The notes under the pieces were generated by a model. That model had not been told where the DNA came from, did no database searches, and worked only from the letters and a program-made list of their open reading frames with translations. From Octopus bimaculoides (taxonomy: Eukaryota): a stretch of 32,617 bases of DNA. This document shows positions 9,425 through 19,095 of this stretch, piece after piece. The position numbers and the translations under genes were made by a program. The stretch is from assembly GCF_001194135.2 (NCBI RefSeq), contig NC_068984.1, positions 39,046,945 through 39,079,561 on the forward strand, in the 5' to 3' direction. Every line of letters begins with the position of its first letter. The stretch's first letter is position 1.

Positions 9425-10749
9425 GGCGAGATAAGGCGTCGGCGGGGATGTTGTCAGTGCCAGCGATATGTTGAATGTCACTAGTAAACTGTGATATGTA
9501 GTCCAAATGCCTCGTTTCTCTGGGCGAGTACCGGTCCGTTTTTGCAAAGAGAGTGAACGTTAGCGGTTTGTGGTCGGTGAAACTCGCGAAGTCTCTACCT
9601 TCAAGAAGATAAGAGAAATGCTTCACCGCCAGGTAAATTGCTAAGAGCTCTTTATCAAATATACTATATCTCATTTCAGCATTTTTCAACTGTCGTGAGA
9701 AAAATGTTAATGGTTGGCATTGGCTATTTACGGATTGCTCTAAAACTGCCCCATATAGCAGATGACGACGCGTCGACAGTGATAATCTTGCATCCGGAGC
9801 AGGATGGGCGAGGAAGGATGCCTGAACAAGGTCAGATTTGACAGATTCAAAAGTTTGGATGGCTGTTGGAGACAGCGTTATCTGTGCGTCTTTCGTCCGT
9901 TGATCTTGCAGATGCTGGGTCAAGGGAAGCAACTTCTCCGCACATTTAGGAATGAAGCGACGATAATAATTAATTAAACCAATAAAATTTCTGAGCTGTT
10001 TTAAGGAAACAGGAGGAGACAAGCGTTTGATGGCTTCCACTTTAGAGGGAAACGGACGAATACCATCGGCGTCAATGAGATGTCCCAAGAATTCCAAACT
10101 CGTAGAACCGAAGACACACTTAGCCGGGTTGATCTTCACATCATAGGAACGTAGGCGCTTGAACAGCTGAGTAAAGTGTCGGAGGTGCTGGTCTGGAGTA
10201 CCCCTGGCGATTAAAAAGTCATCGACGTACGTGAAGACAAAATCCAACCCACGAACGACCTCATCAACGAACCTTTGGAACGCGCCGGCCGCATTACGAA
10301 GTCCAAACGGCATGGACAAGAATTCAAACGCTCCAAAAGGTGTGGTGACAGCTGTCTTTGGTATGTCGTCGGGGTTGACGGGGATTTGAAGGTACGCGCG
10401 TACCAAATCGATTTTAGAAAAAATCTTACAGCCGTGCAGGGCAGACGAAATATCCTGGACATTAGGGAGGGAAAGCGATCTGCAATAATGACGGTGTTAA
10501 GACATCTAAAATTTCCCCCCGGTCGGAAATCAGCGTCATTCTTCCTGGCCATGTGTGGGGTGCTGCCCATGGGCTCGTGGAGGGACGAATGAGGCCCAAC
10601 TGGAGCATGTGCTCAAATTCAGCCCGGGCGATCCGGAATTTCTCTAGAGACAAATGGTGTGGTCGGGAAAAGACTGGAGGTCCCTTGGTCGTGATGAAAT
10701 GTCTCGTGGAATGGGCTGGATCCGACGGATGAAATGACAAACCAGTCAA
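9425..10749 (-). pseudogene. Gypsy reverse transcriptase and RNase H (frameshifted)
   Basis: LGLIRPSTSPWA, KTAVTTPFGAFEFLSMPFGLRNA, YVDD (10218-10229), ELLAIY, FTDHKPL and ADALSR. Confidence 0.95.
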
Positions 10750-10834
10750 CTGTGGAAACGAAGAAAGAAGGGCTCACAATGGGAACAGAAGAATCCTTTC
10801 CGGGAATGTCGAGTGAAGTGGTGTCATCAATGAG

Positions 10835-11181
10835 TCAGCGTCCCCTAACGTCCCCGATGAGAGAATAGTGATGTAAGAAATTAGCACCAAGAATAGGATG
10901 TGGCAGGTCTGCAATGAGAAAGATCCACTTGAAATCCTTACAGAGTGACAGATCCAGAGTGAGGGATATTTGACCATAGGTCTTGATAGCGGAGTGATTC
11001 ACCGCGGAAAGAGAGATATCCGAAAGAGCAGGGTTGATGGAGGTAAACCATCGAGGCCAAATACTTAAACTGGCATCCGTATCCACCATAAAGGACTTTG
11101 AAGAATTGGCATCTCTGATAAAGAACGCACGATAGGGTGAATTGATAGGGGAGACGACTGCCGTGCCCATTCTTTCCCTGC
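10835..11181 (-). pseudogene. Gypsy aspartic protease remnant
   Basis: FMVDTDASLS (the DTG motif is mutated to DTD) and ADLPHPILGANFL. Confidence 0.85.
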
Positions 11182-11505
11182 CTAATTTCCCTGATAAGAG
11201 TAGGAGCAGGGCTGTGTACATTTCTCGGCTTGGTCCTTGAACTTACTGTAGTACCAGCAGACTGAGGGAGCGGCGCCTGGTCTTCCTGCGGAATGATCCC
11301 TTGAAGACGACCGGTCCTTGTACAAGCGTGCGACTTGACGGGTCAGTTCTGCGATAGCCCGCAAGATTTCAGAGGTTTCCATGTCGTCCGGAGCAGAAGA
11401 AGAACAAGCTCGAGAGGAGGACAAAGAAAGGAATTGAGGCAAAGGACAAGGACTCATCTTGGACAATAATAGGTTGAAGAAAACGCCGTTAGAAATGGCA
11501 GTCAA
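11182..11505 (-). pseudogene. Gag C-terminal remnant with CHCC motif
   Basis: CWYYSKFKDQAEKCTQPC fits CX2HX9CX3C with H changed to Y. It is preceded by a coiled-coil-like segment and an SR-rich segment. Confidence 0.8.
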
Positions 11506-12037
11506 AATACCCTAGTTGAAAGAAGACACGATGAGCAGCGAACTAGGAAAACATTTTTTTTCCAGGAGCAGAGGATGAAAATAGAAGAAATCTTTGCTAG
11601 TTGATAAGGAACAAATTATGGCCAACGCGTAGATAATCCGGGTGGTTGAGAGTAAGAAACACATACCTGGCACGTAGAAAAATTTTCTGTCCATGTGAAT
11701 TCTGGAGAAAATTCCGGATAATTTTTTTCATTTTTTTATAAGCAAGAAGAAAACTCGGACGCTCTGTCTTCAAATGACCAAATTGTATTTTCGGTTACAA
11801 TCCGATAAAACGATTTGCAGTTTCCCGCTTAAAAATGGCGCCAAAATTTTCCTGATTTTCCTGATGAAGAAGACAATATGGCGACGAGAGACATCAGTAG
11901 TAGTGTTCCTATGTGACGAGAGGTCATTTGGTTGCGTGGCCGAAGTTGCGAAAGAGAAAAGGGAATACATATTCACTGGTTTGTATTCGCCCGTTGTTCA
12001 CCATTTTAGATGAATATGTTCATCTCCCACGCTGGGT

Positions 12038-12055
12038 TCACGTCGGGAGTCACTC
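12038..12055 (-). promoter_or_regulatory. Degenerate primer-binding site, tRNA-Trp type
   Basis: The minus strand reads GAGTGACTCCCGACGTGA, against TGGTGACCCCGACGTGA, the complement of the eukaryotic tRNA-Trp 3' end. Confidence 0.75.
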
Positions 12056-12086
12056 TTTTAGATGGTGCAGGTGACTCTCAGAAGGC

Positions 12087-12350
12087 TGTAATTTCGCTGG
12101 TAGTAAACTCGGATGAAAAACATATACAAGCGAGGTTGCAACTTAAACACGTTTATTGTGGCCACACGTATATACACAATGCGATGATAAATAGAATGGT
12201 TGGTGTGTAAAGGCCATGGTATTCTATGCTATGCTCCTATCTGTTAGCTGGTGGGTGTTGAGAGAGGCTAGACCAACCACATCTTTACAGTTTGAGGTCC
12301 CAGTGCAGAAAGAGGAAGGGATGAGGTCACATGTCTGAACCTTAATGTTG
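12087..12350 (-). mobile_element. Probable R/U5 part of the 5' LTR of the CsRn1-like element (may continue at 13373-13459)
   Basis: On the minus strand it ends ...TTACA, with AATAAA at 12152-12157 and TATATA at about 12169-12174. A possible TGTAA start lies at 13459, beyond the nested inserts. Confidence 0.4.
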
Positions 12351-13372
12351 TGTAACGCCCTCTATCTCTGTATAGCCAGCTTGTTTATTCGCTGTCTAGT
12401 GGGTGTAGTGAAACCTCTCTCTCGGGCATTCCTTTACAAATGATAACGAAGCGGCTAACAACTAGCTTTCGGCCGCTTGGATCTTTGTGTCCGCCACCCT
12501 GATTGGTTCTTGTTTGCGCGGCATTTGTCAACAGTTCTGTTTCGCGCCAGGGTGCATACTGTCCAATCGTGGCCTTCAGATAAGGTCACGTGAGAAAGAG
12601 TTTTTCTGCGTTTCCGGTGAGCCCTATTTCATCTATAAATAAGCCTGCTCCAACTACGCCAGTTTGTCGCGACCACAGACCTTTTCAGGTCTGGTCGTAG
12701 ATCACACACAAAACACAGCTCCAGCCAGTTTCCAGCGACGACGCCAACACTACCGATCTACTGTCTACAACAATGTCGTCGCCAGCACCAGCACCATCGC
12801 CAGAGTATACGCACCAACAACAACAACAGCGGTTTCATCTCGACACTGTTTGAGTGAATTGTTTCCACCACGAAGTTAACAGCTAGAACAACCTGCGAGA
12901 ATCTTCTGTACCAAGTAACCGGTCGCAGCATNNNNNNNNNNAGAATCTTCTGTACCAAGTAACCGGTCGCAGCATCGACGCTCAACTTCACACACAGCAT
13001 GTGACACCACAGCTCTGCTCCTTGGCCACGACTTCTTGTACAGACATTCTACCTGTGTTACTCTTCTATGACTGGTATTTCTCCATCTTTGTTCAGGACG
13101 CTTATAGTCTCTCACAGACTCTTATTCCATGTTCTGTATTTCTCTTTCACATACACACATATTGTATACATACTCTTGTTCACGAAGGCCTGTCATACAC
13201 ATTGTATTGCTTATATTGCCGCATGCACGCGCACACAGACACACTGTTCACTATGCTAATAAACTTACTCTCTTTATACAACGAACGGTTGTCTCTGTCA
13301 CTCACTCTCTCTTTCTCCTTGCTGGCACTTGCTCGTATCATCACATTGCGAGCCTTCATATGTTACATTACA
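12351..13372 (+). mobile_element. Putative LTR C (hosting LTR B)
   Basis: TGTAAC start, GTTACA/ATTACA end and AATAAA at 13258-13263. The flanks TGTTG and TGTTT form an imperfect 5-bp TSD. Confidence 0.45.
12404..13116 (+). mobile_element. LTR B, a diverged paralogue of LTR A
   Basis: Starts TGTAGTGAAACCTCTCTCTCGGGCATTC, the exact reverse complement of 6018-6045, and ends CACA. TATAAATA at 12634-12641, with CCAAT motifs and CACGTG conserved. No TSD is visible. Confidence 0.88.
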
Positions 13373-15057
13373 TGTTTTGTGGCGACCGTGCGACGCGTTC
13401 AAAGGAGCTTTCTCCGGCTCGTCGCCATCTCCTTTGGTTCGCACGGTCGTTCCTTTACATGGGTAATGCGCCTACAGTCTTCTTCAGGCATTCAACTTTT
13501 ACTGCACTGTTCTTATTGACTCAAACAACATAGCAACATACATGCGTTTATATATTCATTACCACACATGCATGCCTGTACCTGTGCGTTCAGTGATTAT
13601 TTTCAGATTTGTGTCAGCCCTAAACTTCAATTCTCAACATCGTTTCTGTCGGCGTTGCACTTCTTCAATATCCATCTGCTATCAAACTCGCTACACAACT
13701 TATCTTAGGCAGACTGTTAACATCGTCTGCCATTTTCTTCTGATAGTTCGATAATGAACATAGACTACGCTTTCTGCACTGTTTCTTCAACCGCTTATCA
13801 TCCTTCATCTATACCACTTTAGCGTGGGAGGTCGCTAATTAAAGCGCCAACACTTTAATAATTGGACTGAATCATTAATCCGATAACCATGAAATACTTC
13901 TGTGCAATAAAGAACAACAACACTCGTCCTGTGCGAATAACTTCAAGTTCAAGACTTTATTCAGACGCGTGACAAACGAACGCGTACAGTGAGTATACAA
14001 TGTTCAATAAAGATTTCTGGGAAGAAGAAAGGTTTTGAACAACTTGCCATGTTCCATGATAACTTTGAGTGAATAGGAATAAATCAAGCTACGAGATTTA
14101 CTTTCTCCAGGTACTAGACGTAGAATACCAATCAAATGTCGAATTCATATTCCTGGCTTTCTCGTGGTCCCAGTGGATCTGTCGTGTCTCGAAGAAGCAG
14201 TTAGACCGATTTAAGCGGTAATGCACGCTTAAATAGGCGATGTGTTACTAGCGACCTTCTGACTGTTATTTTGATGTTATGCGTAGTAAATTGGCAAAGG
14301 AGGAATTAATTATGTTCACCTGGAATTTTCTGAAATATTCTAGATTGTTCGATCAGGAGAGATAACTTTCGTTAATTCCCAACGAATATTTTGTAGGCTT
14401 GCGAATCTGTTTCAATTTGCGTTGCCTATACCACTTTTATCATGTTGTATTTGTTTTACCTACAACAAATATCCACGATCACAATACCAGGCACATACGA
14501 TCTCAGCACTTCCTTAAAGGCTACGAAACTACTCATATATAATGCCATAAGTCTTCTTATTATACCATTGATTCGCAGTTTTTCTCCTCTGCGCCATTTA
14601 ATGAAAGTTGCTTGACTTAGCTGATTATATCAAGACTCAGTTGAATATATACTGCCTCATATTCGGAATCATTTGAATATGTACTTATATGTAAATGCAG
14701 TCGGATTGCTACCATTACTTACGCGGTCGCGCGCGGACACGCGCACACACAGACACGCCGCGCGCGCACACACACACGCACCCATTGCACATTTAGGTAT
14801 GCAGTAGTCCAGATTGTCCCACCTGGTACTTAAGTTCACATCTACCTTTCGATGTCCACTTTTTCTTGTGTACACTAAAATTACATTAGTATTCTCTAAC
14901 CCTTACGTTTATGAATTTGTGTTGCAAAATTCCTGATGTGAAACCGTGAGTTGAAACAGAGGATCTATTCCATCTCAATCACAGATTTTTAAATTTTTAA
15001 TTTTAATTAATTTTAAAAAACTAAACAGAATTTCTCACGTAGAACATGGTTTACTCT

Positions 15058-15729
15058 GAACGTTTTTGACAAAATTTCGTATTTTAGAAGTTATTTCGTG
15101 TTAAAGTTGTATTTGGGTAATATCAACCAATCAACGACGTGTATTCAGTTGAAGAAAGCTACTGCTGTTTACGATAGTAATCGAAGAGGAACAACTTCCG
15201 GGTCATTTCTACTAAATGTCACCACTCTGTTCTAAAAATCAACACCAAGAAGGAAGAAATATTATTTACATATATTTATTCGTTGCCCGACATCGGTATT
15301 TTATCCATACGTAAAATGCGCCGGTGTTTTAAAGACCTATAGAGCAACGAGTCCGCAGTTAGCTTTTTTGTTGTTGACGTATATGTATTTTCAAAATGCC
15401 TTATGTTACAACTATAAGATGTATTGTTAATGTCATGATTTTATCTTACTATAATCAACGACAAACACATTTTTTCAATATAAAGTCTTCATTAGATAAA
15501 AAAATAACATTATCAAAACATGAAGGTAAAACAAAACAAATAGCGGCTTATACACTGGAAAATACGGTAAATGTAGTGGCAGTGACAAGCTCGCTCGCTG
15601 GTTGGTAGTTGATAGTGTAGAAGGGAGGGAAAGAGTCGAATACACGTCGTTGATTGGTTGAAATTACCCAAATACGACAACTTTAACACGAAATAACTTC
15701 TAAAATACGAAATTTTGTCAAAAACGTTC
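15058..15729. mobile_element. MITE-like element with about 90-bp near-perfect TIRs
   Basis: 15058-15146 is the reverse complement of 15638-15729, apart from one 3-bp indel and one mismatch. The interior is non-coding. Confidence 0.8.
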
Positions 15730-15735
15730 GGTAAT

Positions 15736-16233
15736 ACTTCCGCTCGTCCCCCCATCAAATCCCCCTTTTTNNNNNNNNNNNNNNNNNNNNNNNNNNNNNN
15801 NNNNNNNNNNNNNNNNNNNNNNNNNNNNNNNNNNNNNNNNNNNNNNNNNNNNNNNNNNNNNNNNNNNNNNNNNNNNNNNNNNNNNNNNNNNNNNNNNNNN
15901 NNNNNNNNNNNNNNNNNNNNNNNNNNNNNNNNNNNNNNNNNNNNNNNNNNNNNNNNNNNNNNNNNNNNNNNNNNNNNNNNNNNNNNNNNNNNNNNNNNNN
16001 NNNNNNNNNNNNNNNNNNNNNNNNNNNNNNNNNNNNNNNNNNNNNNNNNNNNNNNNNNNNNNNNNNNNNNNNNNNNNNNNNNNNNNNNNNNNNNNNNNNN
16101 NNNNNNNNNNNNNGATTTTTGGCAATTTTCCAGAACCTCCGTATCCGAAAACGGGAGTTTTTGCCCCCCCCCCAAAAAAAAATTAAGAAATAAACAAATT
16201 TGGGAGAAAATGGGATGGGGGACGGGCGGAAGT
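15736..16233. repeat. About 20-bp inverted repeats flanking an assembly gap
   Basis: ACTTCCGCTCGTCCCCCCATC (15736-15756) pairs with GATGGGGGACGGGCGGAAGT (16214-16233). The interior is mostly N. Confidence 0.45.
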
Positions 16234-16287
16234 CTTTCCAAAATCAAAAAAAAAATCTGCGATCGAGATGCAATAGATCCGTTTCGG

Positions 16288-16479
16288 ATATTGCTGTATT
16301 TCGGGATGGTTATTTAATTAATTTTTTTTTTTTACAAAGAAACACACGCTCTATATATTCGTTTTTCAATCGTTTATTACAGTTCGTGAATAAGAACAGT
16401 AATGAAGAACGAATATATAGTGCGTGTGTTTATTTGGCAAAAAAAAAAAAAAAATGACCGTCCCGAAATACAACAATAT
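16288..16479. mobile_element. Foldback/MITE of about 190 bp
   Basis: Arms 16288-16365 and 16405-16479 are reverse complements, with a T-run opposite an A-run. Possible TA TSD. Confidence 0.75.
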
Positions 16480-17693
16480 TTCTTATCGTTTGCTGTTTAT
16501 ACACCATTTCTCTGTAGAACCTGTCAACACCAGTAACACAATAATATACATGTATCCTGATTACGCTCATTGTTACATATCCGGCTGTCTGCAATGGTAG
16601 TAATGTAGCAGATCTCTACCTCTCTTTGGAACAAGGTCTTTTTTTCTTTCTTTTACTTCGAGTCAGAACATTTTTGATAAACAACTGGGACACATAAAAT
16701 TAATGACATTAGCAAAACGCACTACTCAATGACGCCCAACAACTACACATCAAAATCACTGAGTGATGTTAGCAGAAAACTGAATACTATTTTTCCTCAA
16801 ACTCATTTAATGACGTCAGCATCAAATTAACCAATCAAGGTTGTTGATTGCAAATAAACCCAAGCTTTCATCAAAGCAGAAAGGAGGGAGAATGTAGCAA
16901 AACGTTCACGTCAATCACTATTCGACTGTTAGCTGTTTGATTTGAGTTTTTGCGACACAACTGACCTGGAGTTGTTATCAACTTAAAAACTACACTAAAG
17001 TAGATGGCCTTTGCATTCTCTCTCTCTCCTCGCCCTTACTTCCTTGTCTCACTTTCTCTTTCTCTTTCATTGTCATAATTACGGAACCAGTCCAATACTA
17101 CATCGCTTTTTCATTTCTTGTAGTTCTCTATTGTACCGTGATGTCTGATATTATCTTACAAACAATAGAGACTTAGAATTTCGTCTTCTCATTCATCTAA
17201 ACATCATTTCATTGTGTGTGTGTGTGTGAACGCCTCGTTCAACCAGATATTATTTAGTTGATTGGAAAATACTTTCACTGAATTTGCACACTATCACCTC
17301 ATCAGCCTACCCACCCACCTGATACCCTTATTTCATTTCCTTTCGTCAGTCAGCCTTCAAAACCCGTATTTCACACTTTCCTTCTCTCTCATCCAGGAAA
17401 TACAGTTCTATGGAAACCTCATCTTACCGACATCAACTGCATCGACCTTACACCTCAGAGGTGGACGGAGAAGGAAAAAAGCCTTGGGAATAAATTTACT
17501 GAGACGAAACCTCTCAAAATTCAAGAAGGTTGTGAAAATCATTTTACAAGCGACAGTCCTGGCAGATAGTCATGAGTCCCTTCTCGTCTTTCCAAGTTCT
17601 GGACCGTTCCACCAACTGAACCCCTGTCATATACGACCTGGCTTTTTTCCTGCAAAATTAATGTGCACAGTTTGAGTTTGACTCAATATATTA

Positions 17694-17903
17694 GTTTCAA
17701 ACTTTGGCACAAGACCAGCAATTTCGGGATAGGGGTAAATCGATTACATCGACCCCCAGGGTTCAAGTGGTACTTATTTTACCGATCCCGAAAGATGAAA
17801 GGCAAAGTCGTCCCCAGCGGCATTTAAACTCAGAATGTAAAGACGGACGAAATACCGTTATGGTATTTTGCCTGTCATGCCAACAATTCTTCCAGCACGC
17901 CAC
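17694..17903 (-). mobile_element. SINE (same body as 6311-6453, standard tail)
   Basis: Homologous to both units at 28341-28772. It carries the uninterrupted site CGGTATTTC (plus strand 17849-17857). Confidence 0.88.
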
Positions 17904-17975
17904 TTTAGTTTGACACAATATATTATTGGTACAATATTGAATTGGAAATCACATCAGATATCCGAAAAGATCTAA

Positions 17976-18517
17976 CAGTGATTCTTAACCCGTACAGTAG
18001 TATCTGTCCCCTTGGAGAGTTGTGAACTTGCTAGAAAGCGGCAAATGTTGAGGATTTGCTATGGGAACATTGAATATTTGATGGGTTATGATTTTTTAAG
18101 AAATAAAATATCTAAATCAGGTACACTATCTTAAATAAATTTTCAAAAAAAAAAAGAAAAAGAAAAAGCTAAAAAATCCATCATTGTCGGGATCAAAATA
18201 TGAAAAAAAAACCATCTATGTCGGAATCAAAATTAAACAACAGAAACATGGTTGGTAGTGCACTAAAATTTGATGTAATTTCGTATTTGCCTTAAATAAT
18301 TTTCACTCAAATTTAACATAAGTGATAGTAGTCCGCGTAAATATGAAAAAAAGTGGTACATATTGGATGGGGCGCTAAAAGAGAATATGGGTTATAAATT
18401 ACAGCGCAAAATTAATTTTTGCTTTTTTTTTTTTTTTTGCAAAATATGAGAACAAGCGTTTGTAAAATGTCATTTTGTGAAAAGGAACACTGAGCTACAA
18501 AAAGTTGAGAATCATTG
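17976..18517. mobile_element. hAT (Charlie-like) MITE
   Basis: TIRs CAGTGATTCTTAACC and AGTTGAGAATCATTG match at 12 of 15 positions. TCTAA is present in both flanks. Confidence 0.6.
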
Positions 18518-18663
18518 GTCTAATATTAGTTAATATCCATAATTCTACGTCATCAAATATTCCTCAGGGTATTCATTCTCTGTTCTTAAAGAAAAGAAAT
18601 ATTAATATACTTATTTAAATCGTTGCTTTTTCTTAAGATTTGCGAATTTTATGAGAAAAAGCA

Positions 18664-18777
18664 AGAGAGAGAGAGAGAGAGAGCGAGAGAGAAAGAGAGA
18701 GAGGGAGGGAGAGAGAGAGAGGGAGTGAGTGAGAGAGAGAGACAACAGAGGGAGTGAGTGAGAGAGAGAGCGAGAGC
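18664..18777. repeat. Compound (AG)n microsatellite
   Basis: Read directly from the sequence. Confidence 0.95.
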
Positions 18778-19095
18778 AAAGTCAATAGGGCTCTTGATAA
18801 TTTAAGAGCTTCGGCGCTCGTATTGTTAAAGCTGTTATACTGTTCGTAGTATAAGCCCCTTATCTTTCTTCCGTATGACCTACCACCATTGCGTGTATCC
18901 TCTCTGCAGTTATTTTAGCATGCACTACATGTCAAATTTGTGAGCAGAACATGTTCTCAATCCGACAGTTAATCAATGCATTTGTCTGTGCTTCAGACCA
19001 CCAATACTGCATTTAGTTTTGAAAATTATAAACCAGACATTACATAAATTCCTTCACTTTCAATGTTGAACATGCGAAATGACACTTTTGTTTAA

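Larger units (their letters stand above)
8685..12087 (-). mobile_element. Decayed Ty3/Gypsy LTR retrotransposon, CsRn1-like clade (internal region)
   Basis: Domain order is Gag-PR-RT-RH-IN. A tRNA-Trp-type PBS and the CHCC Gag motif are both CsRn1-clade hallmarks. The 3' LTR would fall in the gap at 8037-8684. Confidence 0.88.

Noticed and set aside
12898-12975. 34-bp direct repeat around a 10-N gap
   Set aside because: Identical sequence on both sides of a minimal gap indicates an unmerged contig overlap.
13001-13754. ORFs of 172, 134 and 70 aa
   Set aside because: They are low-complexity translations of LTR and CA/CT-rich sequence with no recognisable domain.
13600-14260. Possible integrase remnant (STAYHPSS near 13790-13815)
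   Set aside because: There is only one short motif, and no convincing DDE context or matching 3' LTR.
17262-17675. 137-aa ORF or exon after a polypyrimidine tract at about 17375-17396
   Set aside because: The donor site is weak, no motif is recognisable in any frame, and there is no partner exon.
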